A stretch of 64,000 bases of DNA. Source: an uncultured Ruminococcus sp. GTDB taxonomy: Bacteria; Bacillota; Clostridia; Oscillospirales; Ruminococcaceae. The position numbers and the translations under genes were made by a program. The DNA is taken from positions 31,570-95,569 of the forward strand of contig CAMOPY010000002.1 of NCBI GenBank assembly GCA_946622505.1, given 5' to 3'. Positions 8,137 through 16,805 of this stretch are shown here, piece by piece (positions within the stretch are counted from its first letter, which is position 1; every line of letters begins with the position of its first letter). The notes beneath the pieces were generated by a model. That model did no database searches. It was given only the letters and a program-made list of their open reading frames with translations, and was not told the DNA's origin.

Positions 8137-9600
8137 TCAGAAGCCCAGTCCGTAGCCTCCGAAATACTCTCTCAGTCCATCCTGGCCGCCGTAGTAATCA
8201 TAATAATCATTATAATTCTGCTCAGGCTGCTGCTCATTCTGGTTGTCCTGTGATACAGACTCTGCGGTAGACTCACCGAGAACCACGTCAACGCTTATCT
8301 TCTTGCCGTTTCTGTAAATAGTCAGGTTCACGGTGTCACCTACACTGAACTGGTTCTTGACCTCGTTGAGCTCGCTGAGATTTGTGATGAATTCATCGTT
8401 TATACCGATGATGATATCATTCTCCTGAATGCCTGCGGCTTCGGCTCCGCCGCCCTCTGTAACCCCCTTGACAAGGAAGCCCTGAGGTATACCGTAATAT
8501 GAAGCATAAGCGCTCGAAACGTTGGTGCCTGTTATGCCAAGGCTCGGTCTGCCTGTAACATAGCCGTTCTTCATAAGGTCATCAACGATCGGGAGAGCGT
8601 CATCTATCGGGATAGCGAAGCAAAGGCTGTCCGCAACGGAAGCATCAACTCTTGCCGATGCTATACCGATGACCTGACCGTAGGCATTTATCAGCGGTCC
8701 GCCCGAGTTTCCGCCGTTGATAGCGGCATCCGTCTGGATATAGTTTATCGTTCTGTCCTCAATGGTGAGCGTCCTGTCCGTAGCGGAAATGATACCTGCT
8801 GTAACGGAGTTCGCAAGACTGAGGCTTACGGGGTTTCCTATTACGATAGCAGCCTCGCCTATCTGAAGGTCGGCCGATGTGCCGAACTCGGCTGCGGTGA
8901 GCCCCTCTGCCTTTATCTTCAAAACTGCGATATCTGTCTGCTCGTCTGAGCCTACCAGCTCGGCAGTATAAGTGAGGTTATCCTCGTTCTCATCGGAGTT
9001 CTTTGATGTCCCCGAGTCGGATGTTTCGTCTGAATTTGAATAGTTGCTCGGGAGCACTACGCTTATTTCCTGAGCGTCCTTTACAACGTGTGCGTTTGTA
9101 AGGATATAACCGTCATCGCTCATTATGATGCCGGAGCCTGTTCCCATTCCGTTCTGGAGAACGGTCGAGATGCCCACTACCGAGGGCGATACCTTTTCAA
9201 CTATGTCAGGAATGGTAAGTGCATCCTTTGGTGTCGAGAGCTGCTGGATAGTCGGCAGGTTCTCACGGTCTACCGAGCTCTTTGTTTTTGCAGATGTAGG
9301 CTGAGATTTCTTGCTGCTCGACTCCGAGTCGGAGCTCTGGATAACATTGTTTCCCGAGATAAGTGTATAGCCCACTATCGAAGTGGTGCCGATAGCGGCA
9401 ACGCAGAGAACTGCGATAATGCCTGTGAGTATCTTTTTGCTTGCGGGCGTCTTTTTCTTTGTCTTGAAAGTATACTCGCCTGAAGCACCTCTGGAATACG
9501 CATCGAACTGCGCCTGGCCGTAAAGCTGCTGAGGCTCCTGCTCTCTTGTGTCGAACTCTGTGCCGTAACGGCTGTTTTGATCGTTCCTGTAATCGTTCAT
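8137..9600 (-). CDS. htrA: HtrA/DegP-family serine protease (S1C) with PDZ domain, membrane anchored
   Basis: Catalytic motifs TNAHVV and GNSGGPL, an N-terminal TM and a C-terminal PDZ-like region. The start is trimmed to the ATG at 9600, after AGGAGG. Confidence 0.9.
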   Translation of the reverse strand: MNDYRNDQNSRYGTEFDTREQEPQQLYGQAQFDAYSRGASGEYTFKTKKKTPASKKILTGIIAVLCVAAIGTTSIVGYTLISGNNVIQSSDSESSSKKSQPTSAKTKSSVDRENLPTIQQLSTPKDALTIPDIVEKVSPSVVGISTVLQNGMGTGSGIIMSDDGYILTNAHVVKDAQEISVVLPSNYSNSDETSDSGTSKNSDENEDNLTYTAELVGSDEQTDIAVLKIKAEGLTAAEFGTSADLQIGEAAIVIGNPVSLSLANSVTAGIISATDRTLTIEDRTINYIQTDAAINGGNSGGPLINAYGQVIGIASARVDASVADSLCFAIPIDDALPIVDDLMKNGYVTGRPSLGITGTNVSSAYASYYGIPQGFLVKGVTEGGGAEAAGIQENDIIIGINDEFITNLSELNEVKNQFSVGDTVNLTIYRNGKKISVDVVLGESTAESVSQDNQNEQQPEQNYNDYYDYYGGQDGLREYFGGYGLGF

Positions 9601-9991
9601 GATAATGCCTCCTGATATGTAAAGGAGCGGGCTTTTGTCCCGTCCTGTCTGACTATAACTTATTATATACCGCAATGTGATAATTAAATGATAGTTTTAA
9701 CAATTTTTTATGTTTTTTACCGTCTGCGATTGTGATAAACACGTTGATACTGTGAAAACACAGCCCGGCTCCCGAAGAGCGAAAACGGAGCAGCGAAAAC
9801 AGACCTGTATTTTTATAATAAATGCAAAAAAATTGTTAATTGGTGTTGAGGGCGGCGAATATTTGAAAATATAAAAAGGTATTATTATCGGGAGTCTATG
9901 ATGTGCACAAAAAGTTTTGTTGCTCTTTGTTAAAATTGCCGAATTTGGATAAATCAATAAAAAAATGACTTTCGTAAACGATTAACCTTGC

Positions 9992-10020
9992 TTGACAATC
10001 ATAACTGGTTTTGGTATAAT
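9992..10020 (+). promoter_or_regulatory. sigma-A type promoter TTGACA-17-TATAAT (TGn extended -10) driving the 12-gene ABC operon
   Basis: Perfect hexamers with an exact 17-nt spacer. It leaves a ~200-nt untranslated leader before 10230. Confidence 0.65.
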
Positions 10021-10229
10021 TATGATTAGCATAATGACCCCTTATGTGCATTTTCTGTATATTATTGTGACTATTGAATATCGCATGAACGCCCTTTTTG
10101 AGCATTTTGTACAGAACACAGGAGCTCGGAGCGATCTTCTGAGGGTCTTATGAATTTTGTCTGTTTTGCACAAGCGACCGCCCGAAAACAGGCGGCGGAG
10201 GGCTTGGATCGTCCTGAGAGGAAACGTTT

Positions 10230-10907
10230 ATGAGCGTGATACTGTCTACCAGAGGTGTTTGCCGTGATTTCAAGATCGGCGACGGGAGCATAGTCTCGGC
10301 ACTAAAAAACATCAATATTGAGATAGAACAGGGCAAGCTCACGGTGCTCAGGGGCAGGTCCGGAAGCGGAAAGACGACCCTGATAAACATACTGGGGGCG
10401 CTGGATAAGCCGACCAGAGGAAATGTGTTTTTCGGTGAGCGTGATATAACCAGGCTCTCGGAGAGAGCAAGGGACGATATCAGGCGCTATGAAATGGCTT
10501 TCGTTTTTCAGTCGGTAGCTCTGATGTCGGGTATGACGGCCTATGAGAACGTTGAGTTCGGGCTGAGGCTTGCAAAATTTCCTTACGATCAGAGAGCTAA
10601 GCGGACAAGGGAATGTCTGAAGAATGTGGGGCTTGAAAAAAGGATGGTCCACCGTCCCGGCGAGATGTCGGGAGGCGAGCAGCAGAGGGTCGCTATCGCC
10701 AGGGCCATAGCGCACAAGCCGAAGATCGTTTTTGCTGACGAGCCTACGGCGGAGCTCGATACAAATACGGCTCTGCATATCGTGAAGCTTTTCAAGGAGC
10801 TTGTAGCGAACGAAGGCATGACTATCGTTATGACGACGCATGACCCGAGCATGATGGATGTTGCTGACAGGGTCTATACGCTGGAGGACGGTGAGGTAGT
10901 TGAGTGA
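10230..10907 (+). CDS. ABC transporter ATP-binding protein, MacB/LolD/FtsE-like class
   Basis: Walker A GRSGSGKTT, signature MSGGEQQRVAIARA, Walker B IVFADEPTAELD, H-loop TTHD. Confidence 0.9.
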   Translation: MSVILSTRGVCRDFKIGDGSIVSALKNINIEIEQGKLTVLRGRSGSGKTTLINILGALDKPTRGNVFFGERDITRLSERARDDIRRYEMAFVFQSVALMSGMTAYENVEFGLRLAKFPYDQRAKRTRECLKNVGLEKRMVHRPGEMSGGEQQRVAIARAIAHKPKIVFADEPTAELDTNTALHIVKLFKELVANEGMTIVMTTHDPSMMDVADRVYTLEDGEVVE

Positions 10908-11847
10908 AGCTGTTGATACTATTATAACCGCCGATGATGACGAATATATGATCAGGTGTGAAAACCTGGTGAAGATATATAAAACATCTGATGTTGAAGT
11001 GGTAGCGCTTCAGGGGCTCGATCTTGATGTGAAAAAGGGCGAGCTGATGGCTATCGTCGGAAACTCGGGAAGCGGCAAGTCCACGCTGCTGAATATGCTG
11101 GGAGGGCTGGATAAGCCTTCGGCGGGAAGTCTTTATGTGGACGGCAAGAACCTTCTTAAATTTACTGACAGAGATTATATGGAATATAAGCGCAGGACTG
11201 TCGGGTTTGTCTGGCAGAACAATGCGAGGAACCTGGTGCCTTATTTGACGGCGGTGCAGAATGTTGAGCTTCCGATGCTTTTGGGCGGAGCACACAAGAA
11301 ACGCCAGAAGGCGCTGGAGCTTCTGGACAGGGTCGGGCTTCTGAAGAGGAAGAATTCGAGGCTGGATCAGATGTCGGGAGGCGAGCAGCAGAGAGTGGCG
11401 ATTGCCATAGCGATGGCGAACGACCCGAGGCTGCTGCTGGCAGACGAGCCGACAGGTTCGGTGGACACGAAGACATCCAATATGATACTGGATATCTTCA
11501 AGGATCTTAATAAGAGCGAGGGCGTTACGGTCGTTATTGTTACGCATGATGTAAAGCTTGCGGACCATATCGACAGGGTCGTCGCTATAAGAGACGGCAG
11601 GACAAGTTCCGAGATCGTTAGAAAGCGCTCCTATGTGGAGGAGCTGAACGAGATGGGAGATATAGTTCTGGTCGAGGAGCAGCAGGAGGAACCTGTTCAC
11701 GAGGAGTTTCTGGTGCTCGACCGATCGGGGCGTGTTCAGCTGCCAAAGGAGTTTCTGGAGTCGCTGGGAATAAAGGGCGGCGAAAAGATAAAAGCAGAGC
11801 TCGATGCGGAGAATGACAGGGTCGTTCTTTTCAGGTCGGGCAGTTAA
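10900..11847 (+). CDS. ABC transporter ATP-binding protein (MacB/LolD-like) with C-terminal SpoVT/AbrB-like domain
   Basis: Walker A GNSGSGKST, MSGGEQQRVAIA, LLLADEPTGSVD, VTHD. The C-terminal ~45 aa (LVLDRSGRVQLPKEFLESLGIKGGEKIKAELDAENDRVVLFR) looks like a swapped-hairpin AbrB fold. TTG start overlaps the upstream stop; an ATG at 10948 is the alternative. Confidence 0.85.
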   Translation: MSEAVDTIITADDDEYMIRCENLVKIYKTSDVEVVALQGLDLDVKKGELMAIVGNSGSGKSTLLNMLGGLDKPSAGSLYVDGKNLLKFTDRDYMEYKRRTVGFVWQNNARNLVPYLTAVQNVELPMLLGGAHKKRQKALELLDRVGLLKRKNSRLDQMSGGEQQRVAIAIAMANDPRLLLADEPTGSVDTKTSNMILDIFKDLNKSEGVTVVIVTHDVKLADHIDRVVAIRDGRTSSEIVRKRSYVEELNEMGDIVLVEEQQEEPVHEEFLVLDRSGRVQLPKEFLESLGIKGGEKIKAELDAENDRVVLFRSGS

Positions 11848-11962
11848 GAAAGGTTAAAACCCGAAAGGGTCTTAATAAAGGGATCTGTGTACTATTTATA
11901 ATGTATATATAAGTAGGTTTGATTCTCGCAAAATGATCATTTTGAGAAAGGTGGATTCACAA

Positions 11963-14890
11963 GTGAAGGACACAAGGTTCAGACGTGTCATATCATCGGC
12001 GCTTGCGCTGGCTCTGTGCTGCTCGTGCGGCATAGGCGCTTTTGCGTCGGAAAATGACTCGTCAGACACGACTGATTCTGCGGCAAGAGTAACCGGAACC
12101 GACTCTCTGAGACAGACTTCCTACACAAACTATGTAGACAAGTATGCCGATGAGGCAAGGCCTGACAAGGAAGTTCAGGTCATGGGCAAGGATTACGATC
12201 CCGGTTCGGTAGAAGGAGCAGAGATCTCGGTCACAACAGTTGACGGAAAAAGCGACGTTATGCAGTGGGCCAATCAGGAGGGCTCGGTGTCATACAAGGT
12301 ACAGGTGCCTGAGACGGGAGTTTATAACATCAAGATGAGTTATGAGGCTCTCGACAGCAACACCAATGACGTTGAGTTTTCATTATTGATCGACGGCCAG
12401 ACACCATATTCTACGGCAGGAAGAATAACTCTGCCCAAGAGATGGATGAATGAGTCGGAAATAAAGCAGGATTCGAGACAGAATGATATCCGTCCCGGAC
12501 AGATCTCTGTGCCATGTTGGCAGGAGCTTGCGTTCGAGGATATCGACGGTCTTTACAACGAACCTCTCGAGTTTTTCCTCGAGAAGGGTGAGCATACATT
12601 CACCTTTGAGTCAGAGAAGGCAGAATTTGCTATGGAGTACTTCACTCTCTATCAGCATAAGGTGCCGGATGCTTATGTCAGCCCCACGGACGATCAGCTT
12701 TCCTTAGCCAGCGGACAGCTAATCAAGCTCGAGGGCGAGACGGCAGCCTATAAATCAGCGAGAACACTTTATCCTACTTCCGATAAGAGCTCATACATAA
12801 CCTCTTGCGAGAACGGTTCGAGCCCGACAAAGACCAGATACAACACCATCGGTTCGGGAAGCTGGACACAGGCTACCCAGACCGTTACATGGGAGGTCAA
12901 TGTCAAGAAGGCCGGCTTCTACAAGATCGGTATCAGAGCAAGACAGGACCAGATGAGAGGTATGTATTCAAACAGAAGGCTCCTCATAAACGGAGAGGTG
13001 CCCTGCAAGGAAGCAGACCAGATCAAGTTCTACTATGATTCCGACTGGAGCGTTACCGTTCCCACATCAAATTCGGGAGACCCGATGTATTTCGAGCTCA
13101 AGGCGGGAGTGAATTATATCTCGCTTGAGGCTGTTCCCGGCGAGATAGGCGAGATAATGGGCCGTCTCGATGAGACAGTTTATAACATCAACAGCTATTA
13201 CCGTCAGATCCGTCAGATCACAGGACCGGATCCCGATGAGTATAACAACTATATGATCGACCAGGCTATACCTTCGATCATTCCCGACTTCAAGAGCTAT
13301 GCAAAGCAGCTCAGGAGCCAGAAGCAGCAGATCGAGGATCTGTCGGGTTCGGGCGGAACCGAGGCCGAGACTCTCGAGAAGATGGCGCTCGTTCTTGATA
13401 AGTGCATCAAGAAGCCTGACCTTATCCCTGAGATGATGTCACAGATCAAGGATAATGTTACAGCCCTTTCTTCGTTCATCAATCAGTACCGTGAGCAGCC
13501 GCTCGAGGTCGATATGATCGAGATCGCTACCTCGGACAAGGAGTTTACTTCGGTAGATTCTTCGTTCTTCGGCTCTCTCAGCTATGGCTTCCAGGCATTT
13601 ATGGGCTCCTTCTGGGAGGACTACAACTCGCTTTCCGATGATGAGGGCGGCGAGTCGATGGAGTGCTGGGTATCCCTCGGACGTGATAACGCAGAGGCTG
13701 TTCAGCAGATCATCTCGAGTGACTATAACCCCGATGCAAAGACAAAGATAAACCTCAAGCTCGTTCAGGGCGGTATCGTCGAGGCAACATTCGCAGGCAA
13801 GGGTCCTGATCTTGCGCTGTTCATGGGCGGCGACTTCCCGATACAGCTTGCAGCAAGAGGAGTTCTGACAGACCTGAAACAGTTTGACGACTATGATGAA
13901 GTGACCACAAGATTCTCGAAGGACGCAATGGTGCTTTATCAGTATAATGACGGCGTTTACGGACTTCCTGTCAGCCAGACCTTCCCGATGCTGTTCTACC
14001 GCTCGGATGTGCTGAGCGAATATGAGATCGATCCGAAGACCGATCTTGCAACATGGGACGGACTTCTTAACTGTCTGCCGACTCTCCAGAGAAACTACCT
14101 TGAGGTCGGACTCATCCTCCCCGCAATGCAGAGCGTCGGCGGAACCACTTACGTTTCGGCTATCACCGAGCCCGGAAACACCTTCGCTATGCTGCTGCTC
14201 CAGCAGGGCCTCAACTACTATAATGAGGATCAGACAGCAACTACCTTCGATACTCAGGAAGCTATCGATGCATTCGATACATGGACCAAGTTCTATACGA
14301 CTTACAGCTTCCAGCAGACATACGACGCATTCTCACGTTTCAGAACAGGAGATATGCCGGTAGTTATCCAGAACTATACGTTCTTCAACCAGCTCTCGGT
14401 CGCAGCTCCCGAGATCAAGGGATGCTGGGACTTCCAGCCGGTTCCCGGAACCGTTCAGGAAGACGGGACCATAAACCATGCAGCCAACTCCAACGGCTCG
14501 GGCGCTATCATCTTCACAAAGGCTCCCGATCAGGACGGCGCTTGGGATTTCATCAAGTGGTTCACATCGACCGAGACTCAGGTCAAGTACGGAAACAATA
14601 TCGAGTCTATCCTCGGAACGATGGGACGTTTCGACACAGCAAACGTCGAGGCTCTTTCGCAGCTGTCATGGACTACCTCTGAGGTAAGCAACCTTTACGA
14701 GCAGCTCGATTCTCAGGTAGAGATACCGATAATCCCCGCTTCCTACGGTGTGACAAGAAACATAATGAACGCATTCAGAACAGTTGTAAACAGCTATGAG
14801 AACGCAAGAGACACATTGTTCTGGTATAACAAGGATATCAACGACGAGATCACTCGTAAGCTCGATGATCTCGGACTGTATAAAGATTAA
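11963..14890 (+). CDS. giant extracellular solute-binding protein: two CBM-like beta-sandwich modules fused to a family-1 sugar SBP domain
   Basis: GTG at 11963 after AAAGGTGG gives a classical signal peptide (KDTRFRRVISSALALALCC...); the longest ATG is at 11933. The C-terminal half has SBP-like motifs (DLALFMGGDFPIQLAARG, YGLPVSQTF, GSGAIIF). Confidence 0.85.
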   Translation: MKDTRFRRVISSALALALCCSCGIGAFASENDSSDTTDSAARVTGTDSLRQTSYTNYVDKYADEARPDKEVQVMGKDYDPGSVEGAEISVTTVDGKSDVMQWANQEGSVSYKVQVPETGVYNIKMSYEALDSNTNDVEFSLLIDGQTPYSTAGRITLPKRWMNESEIKQDSRQNDIRPGQISVPCWQELAFEDIDGLYNEPLEFFLEKGEHTFTFESEKAEFAMEYFTLYQHKVPDAYVSPTDDQLSLASGQLIKLEGETAAYKSARTLYPTSDKSSYITSCENGSSPTKTRYNTIGSGSWTQATQTVTWEVNVKKAGFYKIGIRARQDQMRGMYSNRRLLINGEVPCKEADQIKFYYDSDWSVTVPTSNSGDPMYFELKAGVNYISLEAVPGEIGEIMGRLDETVYNINSYYRQIRQITGPDPDEYNNYMIDQAIPSIIPDFKSYAKQLRSQKQQIEDLSGSGGTEAETLEKMALVLDKCIKKPDLIPEMMSQIKDNVTALSSFINQYREQPLEVDMIEIATSDKEFTSVDSSFFGSLSYGFQAFMGSFWEDYNSLSDDEGGESMECWVSLGRDNAEAVQQIISSDYNPDAKTKINLKLVQGGIVEATFAGKGPDLALFMGGDFPIQLAARGVLTDLKQFDDYDEVTTRFSKDAMVLYQYNDGVYGLPVSQTFPMLFYRSDVLSEYEIDPKTDLATWDGLLNCLPTLQRNYLEVGLILPAMQSVGGTTYVSAITEPGNTFAMLLLQQGLNYYNEDQTATTFDTQEAIDAFDTWTKFYTTYSFQQTYDAFSRFRTGDMPVVIQNYTFFNQLSVAAPEIKGCWDFQPVPGTVQEDGTINHAANSNGSGAIIFTKAPDQDGAWDFIKWFTSTETQVKYGNNIESILGTMGRFDTANVEALSQLSWTTSEVSNLYEQLDSQVEIPIIPASYGVTRNIMNAFRTVVNSYENARDTLFWYNKDINDEITRKLDDLGLYKD

Positions 14891-14909
14891 GAAAGGGGAG
14901 TAGTGATAT

Positions 14910-15845
14910 ATGGCCAATAATACTGATCAGCCGATCATCCGACAGGGCAAGTGGAAATATACCTGGCATATGATGAAGACCAATAAGTCATGCTACATAA
15001 TGCTCCTTCCCTTTATGCTGTTCTTCTTCATATTCACGATCATGCCGGTCGTAATGAGCCTTCCGATAGGCTTTACCAACTTCAATATGATCGAGACGCC
15101 GAAGTTTGTAGGACTTTCAAACTTCTACACACTGTTCCTCAACGATGACGTTTTCCTTATCGCAGTAAGAAACACTCTTATCTTTGCGATATTCACAGGA
15201 CCGTTCTCCTATGTGCTCAGCTTCCTTATCGCTTGGCTGATAAACGAGATGAGCAACTTCTGGAAAACCTTCTTTACATTCGTTTATTACGCACCCTCAA
15301 TGGTAACCTCGGTATATGTTACCTGGCAGCTGATCCTGTCGGGTGACTCCTACGGTTATCTCAACGCTATCCTTATGGATGTGGGGATACTCAACTCACC
15401 GGCACAGTGGCTGACCGATACGACCTACATACTTACGGTCGTTATCATCGTCCAGCTGTGGATGTCGATGGGTGCGGGCTTCCTTGCTATCCGTGCAGGC
15501 TTCCAGAACATCGACAAGTCGATGTATGAGGCAGGCGCTATCGAGGGTATCAAGAACAGATGGCAGGAGCTGTTTATGATAACGATCCCTTCAATGGGTC
15601 CTCAGCTTCTGTTCGCAGCCGTTATCCAGATATCGGCATCTTTCACCGTAGGTATCGTTGGACAGAACCTTGTAGGTCTTCCTTCGACCGACTATGCAGC
15701 CCACACGATCATGAACCACGCAACAGACTACGGCTCCATCAGATATGAGATGGGCTATGCGTCCGCTATCTGCTTTGTTCTGTTCGCTGCGATGCTTCTG
15801 GCAAATAAGGGCATCAACTGGCTGCTGGGCAAATATCTTGACTAG
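14910..15845 (+). CDS. sugar ABC transporter permease (MalF/CUT1-like)
   Basis: 6 TM and an EAA loop (EAGAIEGIKNRWQELFMITIP). Confidence 0.9.
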   Translation: MANNTDQPIIRQGKWKYTWHMMKTNKSCYIMLLPFMLFFFIFTIMPVVMSLPIGFTNFNMIETPKFVGLSNFYTLFLNDDVFLIAVRNTLIFAIFTGPFSYVLSFLIAWLINEMSNFWKTFFTFVYYAPSMVTSVYVTWQLILSGDSYGYLNAILMDVGILNSPAQWLTDTTYILTVVIIVQLWMSMGAGFLAIRAGFQNIDKSMYEAGAIEGIKNRWQELFMITIPSMGPQLLFAAVIQISASFTVGIVGQNLVGLPSTDYAAHTIMNHATDYGSIRYEMGYASAICFVLFAAMLLANKGINWLLGKYLD

Positions 15846-15861
15846 AAGGGGGGAGACATAA

Positions 15862-16767
15862 ATGGCAAGAAAAAGAAGAAAAAAGCAGCAATCCATCGAA
15901 AAGCTGAAGGTCAGCGAAAAGAAGAAAAGAGTCAACGGCTCTCTCGGCGGAGACATTGCGATCTTCGTGTTCCTGTGTTTGCTGGGTATGTTTATGGTCT
16001 TCCCTCTGTATTATTCGATAATACAGTCGCTGAAGCCTGTCGAGGAGCTGTTCGTGTTCCCGCCTAAGCTTTACGTTTTAAACCCTACCACAAATAACTT
16101 CTCCGATATGTTCAAGGTCGCTGCAAGCTCGTGGCAGGTGCCGCTGTCGAGATACATCTTCAACAGCGTATTCATCACGATAGTTATCTGCGCTGCAAAC
16201 CTGTTTGTTTGCTGCTGTGCCGCATTTGTTCTTTCAAAGTGCAAGTTCCCGGGCAGCAAAGCGATAAACCAGATAATCGTTATCGCCCTTCTGTTCTCCT
16301 CGAACGCAACATGGATCATGTCCTTCCTCGTAATGTCGAAGCTGCATATGATCGATACCTATTGGGCACTTATCCTGCCCAGCGTTTCCACAGCCATGGG
16401 TCTTTACCTTATGCGTCAGAGCATGACAACGATCCACGACTCGATGGTCGAGGCGGCAAAGGTGGACGGTGCGGGACTTTTCAGGATCTGCTGGCAGATC
16501 GTTGTTCCTAACTCGAAGCCTGCGCTGATGACACTTATCATCTTCGCTTTCCAGGGCGCCTGGAACATCCAGGGCGGAGCTCTTATCTACTCCGAGGAGC
16601 TCAAAACACTACCAACAGTTGTACAGCAGATCACGCTTGCAGGTCTTGCTCGTCAGGGCGTAACCTTTGCGGCTGCGGTCGTACTTCTGATACCACCACT
16701 CGTTGTATTCCTTATAGCACAGGGAAATGTCATGGAGACTATGGCAAACTCCGGTATGAAGGATTGA
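15862..16767 (+). CDS. sugar ABC transporter permease (MalG/CUT1-like)
   Basis: EAA loop EAAKVDGAGLFRICWQIVVP and a basic N-terminal tail. Confidence 0.9.
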   Translation: MARKRRKKQQSIEKLKVSEKKKRVNGSLGGDIAIFVFLCLLGMFMVFPLYYSIIQSLKPVEELFVFPPKLYVLNPTTNNFSDMFKVAASSWQVPLSRYIFNSVFITIVICAANLFVCCCAAFVLSKCKFPGSKAINQIIVIALLFSSNATWIMSFLVMSKLHMIDTYWALILPSVSTAMGLYLMRQSMTTIHDSMVEAAKVDGAGLFRICWQIVVPNSKPALMTLIIFAFQGAWNIQGGALIYSEELKTLPTVVQQITLAGLARQGVTFAAAVVLLIPPLVVFLIAQGNVMETMANSGMKD

Positions 16768-16805
16768 TGATGAACTTAAATTTAAAAGGAAACAGGTGAT
16801 AAGTA

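Noticed and set aside
9750-9763. Perfect palindrome CTGTGAAAACACAG as a possible cre (CcpA) or CRP-like site
   Set aside because: It does not fit the cre consensus (no central CG; mismatches at conserved A/A positions). The half-site spacing is wrong for TGTGA-N6-TCACA. It lies about 240 nt upstream of the nearest promoter.
9787-9799. 13-nt identity GGAGCAGCGAAAA shared with 41651-41663, both upstream of strong promoters
   Set aside because: By a rough estimate, dozens of exact 13-mer coincidences are expected by chance in a 64-kb window when both strands are considered. Flanking similarity is weak.
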